This document shows positions 10,428 to 21,484 of a stretch of 64,000 nt of DNA, in pieces. The stretch's first letter is position 1. Each line of letters begins with the position of its first letter. The position numbers were made by a program, and so were the translations under genes. This DNA is from a bacterium (GTDB lineage Bacteria; Patescibacteriota; UBA1384; VFKW01), in assembly GCA_030647355.1 (NCBI GenBank), contig JAUSIS010000006.1, positions 26,221-90,220 of the forward strand, in the 5' to 3' direction. Below the pieces are notes generated by a model. It was not told the DNA's origin, searched no databases, and saw only the letters and a program-made list of their open reading frames with translations.

Positions 10428-11202
10428 AGGAGCTGGGATCGGGCGCAATCCCATAATTATTAGTACTACTCCTAGGGAGCCGATGGCGTTGTATATTCCG
10501 AAATCTGTCGTGAATATTTTTTTGTTTTTATTAATAGTTACCGGTCTGTTTTACATCTTTTTTGTAAGTGATTATTTTAAGGTAAAGAGGGTAGTCTTTG
10601 AGGGTAGTATAACAAGTGAAGGGCGAGCGGCGGCTGAAAAATCGAGAGGTAAAAATATTTTTTATGTCAATAATTATAGATTGGCAGACGAGGTACGTAA
10701 GGTCTATCCGCAGGCATACTGGGTAAAAATCTATAGGGGATTGCCTGATGTTATCAAAGTCGTTACAGCTGAAAGAACGGTTTCGTTGATCTGGCAGTCT
10801 AACGATCAATATTACTTAGTGGACGATATGGGCATAGCGTTCAGAGCAATCGGAACTCTGGCTAGTAACGAGAAGTGGCAAGCTCTGCCTTTGGTTATTG
10901 ACATAGGCAATTTTAAAGTCGAACTAGGGAAAAGGTTGATTTCTTCACGTTTTATTGATTTTATTTCATATATACATGATAATTTTTCTGAAGTTGAGGG
11001 AAGTAAGCTTGTCAGGATCGAGGTAGCGGAGACGTCTTTCCACCCAGTATTAGTTACGGATTTGGGGTGGAAGGTATTACTCGATAGTAATAGTCCAGCG
11101 AAGGATCAGTTGGACGATTTGAAGCTAATTTTAAATAAGCATAAAGGTGATATTCATGAGTATGTTGATTTGCGAATCGAAGGATGGGGTTATTACAAAT
11201 AA
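10408..11202 (+). CDS. FtsQ/DivIB-like cell division protein
   Basis: Single TM then POTRA-like segment, C-terminal EYVDLR; follows ddl. Confidence 0.7.
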   Translation: MGWRRNKGAGIGRNPIIISTTPREPMALYIPKSVVNIFLFLLIVTGLFYIFFVSDYFKVKRVVFEGSITSEGRAAAEKSRGKNIFYVNNYRLADEVRKVYPQAYWVKIYRGLPDVIKVVTAERTVSLIWQSNDQYYLVDDMGIAFRAIGTLASNEKWQALPLVIDIGNFKVELGKRLISSRFIDFISYIHDNFSEVEGSKLVRIEVAETSFHPVLVTDLGWKVLLDSNSPAKDQLDDLKLILNKHKGDIHEYVDLRIEGWGYYK

Positions 11203-12868
11203 AGAGTGGGTAATAGCTCCTAAATTATCTTCGAATATAATAAAACAAATACTTTTAGCTCGAGGGATTAAGGAATCTGAGCATGATGTTTTTTTGAACC
11301 CGAAATATGATGAAGGATTGATTGACCCTTTTAAACTAAAGGGAATGAAGAAGGCGGTTGATAGGATTGAAAAGGCTATTTTGAATGAAGAGAAAGTGGG
11401 TATTTTTGGTGATTATGATGCTGATGGGATACCGGCAACCGCCCTCTTGAATGATATTTTGGTATTGCATGGTTCGGAAGTTTGTACTTTTATTCCCAGA
11501 AGAAATGAAGGTTATGGTTTGAGCAGGCGAGGTATTCAAGAATTGGCTAGCAAGGGAGTAAAGCTAATAATTACAGTTGACTTAGGTATTACGGGTAAAG
11601 AGGAGATTGCTTTTGCAAAAGCGCAAGGTATAGATATAATTGTCAGCGATCATCATGAGCCCATTGAAGCGTTGTTTCCTGTTGATGCTTGTAGCGTGAT
11701 TAATCCTAAGCAAAAGGGTTGTAAGTATCCTTTTAAGGAACTATCTGGTACTGCGGTGGCATTCAAACTGGTGAGTGCGTTATGTTTGCGTAGTAGGCGA
11801 TTGAGCGATAGTCAATTAAAATGGTATTTGGATCTAGTGGCGATCAGCATCTTCTGCGATATGGTTCCGCTTTTGGGTGAGAATCGGATATTTGGTAAAT
11901 TTGGCTTGATTGTATTGCAGAAGACTAAAAGGTTAGGTTTAGATAAGTTATATAAAGTGGCTTCTATCGTCAAAGATCAGATTACTCCTTATACTGTCGG
12001 ATTTGGGATTGGTCCTAGACTAAATGCCCCAGGAAGGATGGGAGACTGTGAAGATTCGCTTAAATTACTTATGACACAGGATGATAAGGAGGCATTAGAT
12101 ATTGCTAGACGGCTAGATGATACTAATACTAAGAGACAAAACTTACTTAAAGAAGTATTGGAGGAAGCATTAGGTATTGTTGAAGAGGAAGGGTTGGATA
12201 GAAATAAGATAATTTTAGTGGCAAAAGAAGGGTGGCCCGAAGGAATCATCGGGTTAGTGGCAGGCAGGATAGCAGAAAAATATAATCGTCCGGCTTTTGT
12301 TATAGGATTTAAAGATGGTATAGGGAGGGGGAGTGCCAGATCGCCGGAAGGAATTGATTTGGTGAAAGTCCTGAATTACTGCAGGAAATATTTGATTAAA
12401 CATGGTGGTCATTCGATGGCAGCCGGTTTGACTATCAAAACTCAACACATCGCAATTTTCTATAAAAAACTGCTGGCGATTGCCGAAAGCGAGATATCGT
12501 CGAAAAGCTTGACGGGGAGGATTTATTGCGACTGCAAGGTTAATTTGGATGATATTGATTGGGGATTTTTTCGAGAATTAAGAAAGCTTGAACCTTTCGG
12601 CTCAGGGAATCCAAGGCCGGTTTTTGTCACTAACAATCTCACTTGCGGTAAGATTACGGTAATGGGTAAAACTGGTGAGCATCTGAAGATCGAATTATCT
12701 GATGGAAAGACAACGCGTTGTGCAGTTGGTTTTGGTTTGGCTGGCAAGTTTAGTAACTTGTCTGTAGGCGGGAAGATAGACATCGCATATTCGGTTGATA
12801 GAAATGACTGGCAAGGAAAAGAAAGTTTGCAATTGAAGATTTTAGATATTAAACTCAGGATGGATTAA
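11147..12868 (+). CDS. recJ: ssDNA exonuclease RecJ (start uncertain)
   Basis: GDYDADG, TVDLG, DHH, GGHSMAAG, LEPFGSGNP. Confidence 0.95.
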   Translation: MIFMSMLICESKDGVITNKEWVIAPKLSSNIIKQILLARGIKESEHDVFLNPKYDEGLIDPFKLKGMKKAVDRIEKAILNEEKVGIFGDYDADGIPATALLNDILVLHGSEVCTFIPRRNEGYGLSRRGIQELASKGVKLIITVDLGITGKEEIAFAKAQGIDIIVSDHHEPIEALFPVDACSVINPKQKGCKYPFKELSGTAVAFKLVSALCLRSRRLSDSQLKWYLDLVAISIFCDMVPLLGENRIFGKFGLIVLQKTKRLGLDKLYKVASIVKDQITPYTVGFGIGPRLNAPGRMGDCEDSLKLLMTQDDKEALDIARRLDDTNTKRQNLLKEVLEEALGIVEEEGLDRNKIILVAKEGWPEGIIGLVAGRIAEKYNRPAFVIGFKDGIGRGSARSPEGIDLVKVLNYCRKYLIKHGGHSMAAGLTIKTQHIAIFYKKLLAIAESEISSKSLTGRIYCDCKVNLDDIDWGFFRELRKLEPFGSGNPRPVFVTNNLTCGKITVMGKTGEHLKIELSDGKTTRCAVGFGLAGKFSNLSVGGKIDIAYSVDRNDWQGKESLQLKILDIKLRMD

Positions 12869-12899
12869 CAAGTACCTAAGTAAGCTGGAAAGAGTAGAT

Positions 12900-14186
12900 A
12901 TGAAGCAAATTAATTTAGTTTATGTTTGTGAAAACTGCGGAGAAGAGAGTTCTAAGTGGAGCGGCAGATGCAGTAATTGCGGGCAATGGAATTCTCTAGT
13001 GGAGATGAGAGGCCTTAATAAAAAAAATAAGGCAGCGCGAGGAGATCTTGCTTCTCCAATTAGTATTAATGCCATTGGTATTGGTAATTTTATTAATATT
13101 TCAACTGGTCTTGGGGAATTTGATCGAGTAATCGGAGGCGGAATTGTGCCCGGTTCGTTACTACTTTTAGCGGGTGACCCCGGGATTGGCAAGAGTACAT
13201 TACTTCTGATGGTGGCAGAACGGATGAAGGAAGTTTTATATGTCAGTGGTGAAGAATCTTGTGAACAGATTAAACTAAGAGCCGACAGGTTGAAAGTCAA
13301 AAATGGCGATATAAAAGTTTTAGCTGAGACTAATGTGAATTATATATGTGAGCTTATTAGTAAAGATAAACCGGCTTTAGTGGTTGTTGACTCTATACAG
13401 GCCATGTATGACGAGAATTTTCCCAGTACGCCGGGGAGTATCGTGCAGGTTAGAGAATGTGCATTAAAACTACAGAGGGTAGCAAAAACATTGCACATTC
13501 CGATTGTCTTAGTTGGTCATGCTACTAAAGACGGATCTGTGGCGGGGCCGCGAACGCTTGAGCATTTGGTGGATGCGGTTTTTTACTTGGAAGGAGATAG
13601 ATTTAAAGAAACGCGAATCCTCAGGGGAATTAAAAATCGGTTTGGTCCGACTGACGAGATAGGTATATTTGCGATGGAAGGCAGTGGCTTGAAAGAGATT
13701 CTCAATCCTTCGGAGTTATTTCTTGAGGAAAGGGTTGGCTCGTCTGGTTCGGTTGTGACGGCAACGATGGAAGGAAGCAGGCCTTTTTTGGTTGAGATTC
13801 AAGCGCTTACTGCCACGACAGTGTTCGGTTATCCACGGAGAACGGCAAGCGGATTTGATGCAAACCGGCTCCAGTTGTTGCTGGCTGTCTTAACAAATAA
13901 GGCGAAACTTCAGTTGCAAAATCAGGATGTATATATTAATGTGGTGGGTGGTTTCCAATTGAAAGAACCGGCTGTAGATTTAGCTGTCGCTATGGCAGTT
14001 GTATCTTCTTTTCACAATAAGGCGATTGATTCTAAGTTATGTGTGTTTGGTGAGATAGGTCTATCTGGGGAGATTCGAAATGTTCCGCAGGCTGATAAGA
14101 GGAAAAAAGAAGCAAAAAGACTTGGGTTTACGGAGATGACGCATGTCAGGAATGTTCACGATGTTATTAATCTGCTTTTTAAGTAG
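12900..14186 (+). CDS. radA: DNA repair protein RadA/Sms
   Basis: C4 zinc finger, GDPGIGKST, KNRFG, Lon-like C-domain. Confidence 0.96.
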   Translation: MKQINLVYVCENCGEESSKWSGRCSNCGQWNSLVEMRGLNKKNKAARGDLASPISINAIGIGNFINISTGLGEFDRVIGGGIVPGSLLLLAGDPGIGKSTLLLMVAERMKEVLYVSGEESCEQIKLRADRLKVKNGDIKVLAETNVNYICELISKDKPALVVVDSIQAMYDENFPSTPGSIVQVRECALKLQRVAKTLHIPIVLVGHATKDGSVAGPRTLEHLVDAVFYLEGDRFKETRILRGIKNRFGPTDEIGIFAMEGSGLKEILNPSELFLEERVGSSGSVVTATMEGSRPFLVEIQALTATTVFGYPRRTASGFDANRLQLLLAVLTNKAKLQLQNQDVYINVVGGFQLKEPAVDLAVAMAVVSSFHNKAIDSKLCVFGEIGLSGEIRNVPQADKRKKEAKRLGFTEMTHVRNVHDVINLLFK

Positions 14187-14200
14187 GTAGGAGAAATGCT

Positions 14201-15127
14201 ATGGAATTAGGGCTAACTTCTCAAAAGGATTTTACGTTTTTTATTATCATTCTTTTTATAGCGTTGGGTGCGTTGGTAGTAACACGCAAATTAATAAAGG
14301 TTGAGTTTCCTTACTTTTTTATGGGCGTTTTGGGGGCGGCGGTCGGGTTATTGGTGGGTAATTTATTGGGGAGATCGCTGGGTTTTCTACCGGGTCAGTA
14401 TGGCAAGTGGCTGCCATCTGTTGTGCAAATTTTTACAGCAGTAGCTGTATTTGATCTGTTTTTAGCTCAGTCTTACTCGGTTGCAAGGTATTTTGCTAAT
14501 ATTTTAAGTGACAAAGATATTCTTAATAATAAAGCAGAGATTATAGTTGATACTTCGGTTTTGGTAGATGGTAGGATAGAAGATTTAGCTTCGACGGGTT
14601 TTATTTCGGGAAAATTAATAATTCCTAAGTTTGTCTTACTAGAACTACAGAGTATCGCTGACTCTAAGGATTATTTGAAGCGAGTGAAGGGGCGTAGGGG
14701 ATTAGAGGTGCTAGCCAATCTTCAAAGAAATCGTCATGTGAGCATTGAAATTTCCGAAGATCGAATGCGGGATAAAGATAAGGTAGATAATAAGCTGGTT
14801 AAGATCGCCAAAGAGCGTGGGGGCAGGATATTAACAGTTGATTTCAATCTTAGCCAGGTAGCACAGATACAGAATGTGGAAACATTGAATCTGAATGCAC
14901 TGGCGTCAGCTGTTAAGTCGCAATTGATTCCCGGGGAAGATATTGAGGTGAAGGTTGTGCAGAAAGGCAAAGAGAAAGGGCAGGGTGTCGGTTATCTTGA
15001 AGATGGCACGATGATAGTGGTTGATGGGGGCGATAAGCATGTAGGGGAGAGCTTGGACTGCCAAGTGGTACGGATCTATCAAACGACTACCGGTAAGATG
15101 ATTTTTGTAGAACCTAAGGTTAACTAG
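14201..15127 (+). CDS. Membrane-anchored PIN/TRAM domain protein (YacL-like)
   Basis: N-terminal TMs, VDTSVLVDGRI PIN motif, QGVGYLEDGTMIVV TRAM; downstream of radA. Confidence 0.88.
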   Translation: MELGLTSQKDFTFFIIILFIALGALVVTRKLIKVEFPYFFMGVLGAAVGLLVGNLLGRSLGFLPGQYGKWLPSVVQIFTAVAVFDLFLAQSYSVARYFANILSDKDILNNKAEIIVDTSVLVDGRIEDLASTGFISGKLIIPKFVLLELQSIADSKDYLKRVKGRRGLEVLANLQRNRHVSIEISEDRMRDKDKVDNKLVKIAKERGGRILTVDFNLSQVAQIQNVETLNLNALASAVKSQLIPGEDIEVKVVQKGKEKGQGVGYLEDGTMIVVDGGDKHVGESLDCQVVRIYQTTTGKMIFVEPKVN

Positions 15128-15152
15128 ATAGAAATATGTCAATTGATTTGGT

Positions 15153-17954
15153 TTAGAAGCATTGTTGTGGGGATTTATTTTGATTTTGGTTATTGGAAGA
15201 ATCAACCCCTTGAACTGTAAAACATTTTTGTCCATTAGGAAGTCCTGCGAAAGCGCCTGGCATATAAGAACCAGGTGTAGCTGCATATTCGCCTTTGAGA
15301 GATCCTATATTTCCGTTTGAAGTTGAGAAGTATACCCGTACCTTAACCAGATCGGCATCCGATGGATTAGTCCAAAAAATGCTGGCAGAATTATTTGTCG
15401 TAGTACTATGGGTAACATCAATGATTGCATCTCCGGGAGGAGTGACATCGGCGCCGACTGTAATGGTAATAGAACTTTTTGCGCTGATTCCACTGGCATT
15501 GACTCGTGCCGAAAGTTCATGAGCTCCAGTGCTTAATTGATTAGCATTGTATGTTAGGACATAAGGACTTGTGTGGACGGTACCAATTGTATTTGTCCCA
15601 TCAATTATAAATTCAACATTATCTATGGTGCCAGCGTTATAGGAAGCGTCCGCTCTTATAGTGAAGAATCCCGAAACAGAAGCATTATCAGCTGGCTCGG
15701 TAATATTGATGATAGGTTTGACAACTTCTTCCAACTTACAGTATCTGGTGGGTGAGGGAATATACATGCCATTTGACTTGGCCCAGGCTTTAACAGGATT
15801 TTCCCAGCCGGGTTTATCAGGGAATTCTGAATGGATGTTGGAAAAGACTTTTTCTTCCACTTGACTTGCAGGCATATTTTTAGGTGCGAGAAGATTGTTG
15901 GACTTACAAACCCTTAATTTGACATTCACATCGTCTCTTTCGGTAGGAACTTGCCATTTAGCAAAGATGTCCGTAATGAATTCCTTGGAGAGTGAGCTGC
16001 GCAGTTTGTTAGAGTATTTTTCGACTGTCAGCTCTTGGATTTCTGCGGGTCTTGAGAATTTTTCGACTGGCTGACCTTTAAGGGTAGATTCCATAAATTG
16101 ATGCCAAATTGGTGCTGCTCCAATAGAACCGCCCGATGGTGACATCGGTTTACCGCTATTATTGCCTACCCATACTGCAGTGACGAGCTGGGGGGTGTAG
16201 CCCACGGTCCAGGCATCTTTATAATCATTTGAGGTACCAGTTTTAGCGGCAACCGGGCGGTCTTTCAAGCTTAGGTTATTCATAGTGAAACTGAAGACTG
16301 GTTTTTTAGCATTTAAATCCGATAGTACATCACTTATTTCGTAGGCAACTTGTGGGTCTAGCACTTTCCTGTCGTTTTCTTTTGGTTTCCACTCTTCAAG
16401 CACTCGGCCGTTGGCATCAGTTACCTTAAGTATTGGCGTTGTTTTGGCCAGGGTTCCACTATTAGCAAACACACCATAGGCGGTTGCCATATCAAGTGGG
16501 CGCACTTCCCCGGCGCCTAGAGCTAAAGACAGACCATAACGACTAGGGTCGGTTAATGTAGTAATACCCATATTGTCAGCGGTTTCCAGCATCTTATCAA
16601 TGCCAACCAATCCGAGGGCTTTGACGGCTGGAATATTTAGGGAGTTCCCAAGAGCATATCTTATAGTAACCGGGCCACGGAAACGTCCATCATAGTTTTT
16701 GGGAACATACTTACCAAAATCTGTTTGCAGGTCGAACAAGATTGAACCAGGATTATATTTACCTTGAAGGAGTGTGGCGTAGACAATTGGTTTAATAGAA
16801 GAACCTGGCTGGCGTTTGGCAGTAGTTACATTATAGTTGCCGTCGTTTTTGGTATCAAAATAGTCTAGAGAACCAACCATGGCGATAATCTGTCCGGTCT
16901 TAGGATCCAGGGCAACAAGACCCGTGTTGGATGCTCCATATTTTTTCAGATGAGCGGTAGAATCGCTGACGGCTTTCTCGGCTAGAGCTTGTTTGTCCAT
17001 ATCTAGTGTGGTAGTAACTTTCAATCCACCGCTTTCGACCATTTTCTCGCCGTATTTTTCGACGAGCACTTCTTTCACATACATAACAAAATGTGGTGCT
17101 TTAATATTTTCTCGACGAGGAATGAATTGTATAGGTAAGGCTTGAGTAGCGAGCTTTTGTTTTTTAGTGATGTAGCCTTGTTCCTGCATCTTTAATAAAG
17201 TTATATTTCGTCTATCTTTAAGGAGGTCTTGGTGATTGTAGAAGTAGGTTGGCATTTGGACAAGTGAAGCGAGAGTGGCAGCCTCGTCTAGAGTTAAATC
17301 TTGGGCATGTTTATTGTAATAGATACTGGCAGCTGCTTCGACGCCGTAGGCGTTTGAGCCATAAGGAATTTCGTTGAGGTACTTGGTAAGAATTTCCTCC
17401 TTACTGTACATGATTTCAATTTCTAGAGCTAAAATGAGTTCTTTTATTTTACGAGTCAGGCTTTTTTCATTGGTTAGGAGCGCATTTTTGACGAATTGTT
17501 GGGTGATAGTTGAGCCCCCATATCTTTTGTTGGCTAAATTACTGAAGACAGCGCGCGCTAAACCACGAAAGTCTACACCAATGTGGTGGTAGAAGTCTTT
17601 GTCTTCGAGGGCAACAGTTGCCTGTCGCATATAGAGCGGCATTTGTTCCTTAGTGATAACTGTGCGTTTAAATTCGCCGGATATTGAATATAATGGTGTC
17701 TTACTATCCCTGGCGTAGATCTGACTTGATTGAGACACATAACGATGTTTGATTTTGCCCGGAGTAGGCAGATCTTTAGAAAACCAGGCGAACAGGAGAG
17801 CTATGCCAAATAGGATAATTAGAAAAGAGTAGAGAGCAATATTGGCAATCGATCGGAGTGTAAAAATCTTTTTATGTTTAGATAGTGTTTTAGTAAGCTT
17901 TTGGAGATTTAGGGGGTTAGAAAAATTACTGCGAAATTTTTTTTGTTTTTTCAT
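15153..17954 (-). CDS. Class A bifunctional PBP (PBP1A family) with C-terminal Ig-like/FN3-like domains
   Basis: EDKDFYHH, GGSTITQQ, RKIKE, QPGSSIKP, SLN, KTGT; beta-rich C-terminus. Confidence 0.92.
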   Translation of the reverse strand: MKKQKKFRSNFSNPLNLQKLTKTLSKHKKIFTLRSIANIALYSFLIILFGIALLFAWFSKDLPTPGKIKHRYVSQSSQIYARDSKTPLYSISGEFKRTVITKEQMPLYMRQATVALEDKDFYHHIGVDFRGLARAVFSNLANKRYGGSTITQQFVKNALLTNEKSLTRKIKELILALEIEIMYSKEEILTKYLNEIPYGSNAYGVEAAASIYYNKHAQDLTLDEAATLASLVQMPTYFYNHQDLLKDRRNITLLKMQEQGYITKKQKLATQALPIQFIPRRENIKAPHFVMYVKEVLVEKYGEKMVESGGLKVTTTLDMDKQALAEKAVSDSTAHLKKYGASNTGLVALDPKTGQIIAMVGSLDYFDTKNDGNYNVTTAKRQPGSSIKPIVYATLLQGKYNPGSILFDLQTDFGKYVPKNYDGRFRGPVTIRYALGNSLNIPAVKALGLVGIDKMLETADNMGITTLTDPSRYGLSLALGAGEVRPLDMATAYGVFANSGTLAKTTPILKVTDANGRVLEEWKPKENDRKVLDPQVAYEISDVLSDLNAKKPVFSFTMNNLSLKDRPVAAKTGTSNDYKDAWTVGYTPQLVTAVWVGNNSGKPMSPSGGSIGAAPIWHQFMESTLKGQPVEKFSRPAEIQELTVEKYSNKLRSSLSKEFITDIFAKWQVPTERDDVNVKLRVCKSNNLLAPKNMPASQVEEKVFSNIHSEFPDKPGWENPVKAWAKSNGMYIPSPTRYCKLEEVVKPIINITEPADNASVSGFFTIRADASYNAGTIDNVEFIIDGTNTIGTVHTSPYVLTYNANQLSTGAHELSARVNASGISAKSSITITVGADVTPPGDAIIDVTHSTTTNNSASIFWTNPSDADLVKVRVYFSTSNGNIGSLKGEYAATPGSYMPGAFAGLPNGQKCFTVQGVDSSNNQNQNKSPQQCF

Positions 17955-18024
17955 CTTAACTCCACTTTACATTATACTATATTAGATTAAAATAAAAATA
18001 ATAAAGTATTAAGAGAGGTTTTTC

Positions 18025-19206
18025 ATGAGACATGATTTGTTAAAGAGGGCAGTAGCCGAAGTAATAGAGCAGAGATCGTTGGAAGAGAAACTAAAACGAG
18101 GTGATAAGCTTAGGATTAAATTAGGGGTTGATCCGACATCGCCCGATATTCATTTGGGTCATATGGTAGTTATTAATAAGCTACGAGAGTTTCAGCAAAT
18201 CGGTCACAAGATTATTTTAATCATTGGTGACTACACGGCTAGGATTGGTGATCCAAGTGGAAAAAAGAAAACCCGTCCAATATTAACAGAAAAAGAGATT
18301 GAGTCAAATTCTAAGACATATTTAAAGCAAGTTGGGAAGGTATTAAATGTTTCTGCTTCGGAAGTGGTACGGAATTCCAAATGGTTTTCTAAATTTTCAT
18401 TTGCCGATTGGCTGGATTTATTATCAAAATTTACGGTTGCTCAGATACTAGAAAGGGATGATTTTTCTAATAGATTCAAATCTGGCATTGATATCGGAAT
18501 GCATGAGTTAGTGTATCCTGCAATGCAGGCATATGATTCAATTATGGTCAAATCGGATTTGGAAATCGGTGGAACTGACCAGAAGTTTAATATGCTGGCT
18601 GGACGAGATTTGCAAAGGAAAATGGGGCAAAAGCCGCAGGATATAATAACGGTTCCGATTTTGGTTGGGACCGATGGCAGGGAGAAGATGTCTAAGAGTT
18701 TAGGAAATGCAATCGGTGTAGCAGAAAAGCCAACTGAGATCTATGGAAAAGTGATGTCAATTCCCGATAACTTAATACTGCCGTTTTTCTCTTTGGCAAC
18801 TGATATTTCAGATGGTGGGTTGAAAATGGTAGAGAAAGAGCTGGTTGAAGGGGCTAACCCGAGGGATGTAAAAGCGCGGTTGGCATATCTGATAGTTGAG
18901 ACGTATTATGACAGCGAGCAAGCGTCTTTAGCGGGTGAGTATTTTGATGAAACTTGTCGTGATAAGAAAATCCCTAATAAGATGCCTATATTGGAAATAA
19001 AGAGAAATTTTTCTGGGAGTATAACAGATTTAATAAGTATAGCCGATCACAAACTGAGTAAAAGCCAAGTACGACGGTTGATTGATCAGGGGGGGGTTAA
19101 GATAGATGGCCAAGTTGTTCGAGGGGCAAGTGAAAAAATTTCAGTTATAGGGGGAATGAAATTGCAGATTGGAAAAAGAAGGTTCTTCCGAGTTAAATTC
19201 GAGTAA
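18025..19206 (+). CDS. tyrS: Tyrosine--tRNA ligase
   Basis: DPTSPDIHLGH, GGTDQKFN, KMSKS, C-terminal S4 domain. Confidence 0.96.
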   Translation: MRHDLLKRAVAEVIEQRSLEEKLKRGDKLRIKLGVDPTSPDIHLGHMVVINKLREFQQIGHKIILIIGDYTARIGDPSGKKKTRPILTEKEIESNSKTYLKQVGKVLNVSASEVVRNSKWFSKFSFADWLDLLSKFTVAQILERDDFSNRFKSGIDIGMHELVYPAMQAYDSIMVKSDLEIGGTDQKFNMLAGRDLQRKMGQKPQDIITVPILVGTDGREKMSKSLGNAIGVAEKPTEIYGKVMSIPDNLILPFFSLATDISDGGLKMVEKELVEGANPRDVKARLAYLIVETYYDSEQASLAGEYFDETCRDKKIPNKMPILEIKRNFSGSITDLISIADHKLSKSQVRRLIDQGGVKIDGQVVRGASEKISVIGGMKLQIGKRRFFRVKFE

Positions 19207-19212
19207 GTTGTG

Positions 19213-21306
19213 TTAATAAGTAGTGCTAAATAAATAATTGTCAGTTGCGATCCATATTTTCCTCAAAATTGGCTGAACAAAAATATCTTTGATTTGTTTG
19301 GTATTTATTTTGATTTGTTTTATGTATTCGCCTTTTTTGTCGGTAACTATGATTTTATTTTGCTCAACTAAAAAGAAGAAGTCATTTTGCGGAGTCGTGT
19401 ATAGTATTGATGGATGTTGGGGGACTAAAGTTGGGGAAGGGAATTTACTATAAGTTAATTCGGTCAAGTTTGTTTTTTGGATTCTATAAATTTTACCTGA
19501 TTTCGACAGGGTATAAATAGAACTGTCAATAGTGATATCGGTCATTTCGGATAGAATACTTGTATCTTTACTGGTTAAATATGGGACTGCTGAATTGTAC
19601 CTACCTTCTTGGTTGGAAGGTGTATATTTCCATATTTGACTGTTTTTAGGGCTTAGAAGGTATAAATTGTTACTAAAAGTTGCTATTGCGGTTGCTGATT
19701 TCCAGATTTCATTGGAATTGATTGTGTTCACTTGCGCCTTATTCGGTAGAGATTCAAACATTTTTTGCTCGGCAGTTAGTATTATATATGACTGGTTACT
19801 AGTCGGGCCAGCAACTGCCACAATGTTTCCGGAGTTAGAGGGAAGTTTGGATGTTGATTTAAACCTTGATTCGTTAGAAGCTTTTTTGAATATTGATCCT
19901 ATCTGGGTGAAGGCATAGGTATTGTTACCGAGGATTGATACTTTGAGCGTTTTGGGAGGAAGTTGAATTTTATTAGCTGGGAGATCTATCTCTGTACTTT
20001 TTGTAAGTAATTGATATTTTGATTTGGAGTTATTTAGTAGTTCTTTTTCTTGGCTGGTTAATTTACGATCGGATAATTGACTAATAATTTCTTCCAACAT
20101 GGAAATTGCTTCTTTGTCTGAGGCACTTTTGGTGAGGTTATATTTTGTTTGGAGATTTGTTAGGGTAGTATTTTTGGTTGTATTGGGATTTACTTGTGGT
20201 TTGGCAGTATGTTTAATTTCAAGAATGATACTGGTAACCAGGATAATGATTAGGCAGCCAATAATAATGGGGTATATTGGTAGTTTGGACAGATTAATTT
20301 TTGGAAATCGGTTGTAGTGGTGAACTTTGACGGGATGTGGAGCGGTGTTGTTTTCGTCCTTGAGATTTGGGATTTTGTTTACTAAGGGTAGGTGCTTCAG
20401 TTTTTTTATTGCCAATTGAGATAGAGATAATATCGCAGGGGATTTTGCAGATATTTCTTTTTTACTCCAAGCGAAGAATGACCTAATCGTTTTGGTGGTA
20501 GCGGTTAGAATAATTAATGATGTCGGAATAACTTTTTTTTTCAATAGGTTGCCGGCTTTTCTCGGTAAAGACTGGTTTGTTTCGTCAAGGTATATTGTAT
20601 CCGGTACGTTTGACAAGGGTTCGTTGGCAATATCTTCTTTTGTAGTTGTTTCTATGAGGATGAGGTTAGTGTCAACCGGATTTGGTTGGGATAATATACG
20701 GGCTAGATTAATTGAAGCATCTTCAAGGGAATTTATTTCAAGTAGTTGTTTTAGTTCTTGTTTGGTGGTGTGGGAGAAGATTTTCTGGTTAGCCAAAGCT
20801 ATCAAATCGTTTTTTTCTAAGGCGCCGCTGGTAATATTTGAAAATGTACAGAGTGGATGAATACCTTCTTCGCCGTTGGCGGTATCGGGGGTGATATTCG
20901 AGGTTTTACCTTCGCGGATAAGGAGGCTGATAGTTTTCCCCACACTTGCTATATGCATTTCGTCTTTATAAATGAGAGCAATTACGCCATTAAGATTGCC
21001 TATCCAATCTGTCTGCCCGTCTTGGGTGTAGTTGGCGAGTACTTCGTTGGTTTTTCGGAGGGCTTGTTCAAAATTTGCCGAAGCATTATCATCAGTCAAG
21101 CGGAAATATTCGCGAGCGGTGGTATTAATGATACTCTGGCCAATTTGGGCATTAGAGTATTGGTCGCTAGATATTTCAATCAAGGAGAATAAGCAACCAG
21201 CGTATCCCTCTTTTTCTTCGGACGAGGGATGGATTTGGCAGGTGAGAAATTGATCTTTGGGTGGTTTTCTGGTTGTTAGTCTCTGGGTTTTCAGCGCATA
21301 GACCAT
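19213..21306 (-). CDS. Hypothetical single-pass membrane protein (possible PP2C-like N-domain, possible beta-propeller C-domain)
   Basis: 697-aa ORF with RBS, one strong TM mid-protein; domain guesses from sequence pattern only. Confidence 0.6.
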   Translation of the reverse strand: MVYALKTQRLTTRKPPKDQFLTCQIHPSSEEKEGYAGCLFSLIEISSDQYSNAQIGQSIINTTAREYFRLTDDNASANFEQALRKTNEVLANYTQDGQTDWIGNLNGVIALIYKDEMHIASVGKTISLLIREGKTSNITPDTANGEEGIHPLCTFSNITSGALEKNDLIALANQKIFSHTTKQELKQLLEINSLEDASINLARILSQPNPVDTNLILIETTTKEDIANEPLSNVPDTIYLDETNQSLPRKAGNLLKKKVIPTSLIILTATTKTIRSFFAWSKKEISAKSPAILSLSQLAIKKLKHLPLVNKIPNLKDENNTAPHPVKVHHYNRFPKINLSKLPIYPIIIGCLIIILVTSIILEIKHTAKPQVNPNTTKNTTLTNLQTKYNLTKSASDKEAISMLEEIISQLSDRKLTSQEKELLNNSKSKYQLLTKSTEIDLPANKIQLPPKTLKVSILGNNTYAFTQIGSIFKKASNESRFKSTSKLPSNSGNIVAVAGPTSNQSYIILTAEQKMFESLPNKAQVNTINSNEIWKSATAIATFSNNLYLLSPKNSQIWKYTPSNQEGRYNSAVPYLTSKDTSILSEMTDITIDSSIYTLSKSGKIYRIQKTNLTELTYSKFPSPTLVPQHPSILYTTPQNDFFFLVEQNKIIVTDKKGEYIKQIKINTKQIKDIFVQPILRKIWIATDNYLFSTTY

Positions 21307-21396
21307 GAAATATCCCTCCAGTTATGTGAATATTATATCACATTGGGCGATATATGTGCGGTTTGGCGACGGATTAAAATTGCTACTTTCTTTTTG

Positions 21397-21470
21397 TCGG
21401 GGCAGGCAGACTTGAACTGCCGACCTCTGGACCCCCAGCCCAGCGCACTAGCCAACTGTGCTATGCCCCG
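21397..21470 (-). tRNA. tRNA-Pro(GGG)
   Basis: Reverse complement CGGGGCATAGCACAGTTGGCTAGTGCGCTGGGCT-GGG-GGTCCAGAGGTCGGCAGTTCAAGTCTGCCTGCCCCGA folds as cloverleaf. Confidence 0.93.
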
Positions 21471-21484
21471 TTGAGTAAAAGTTG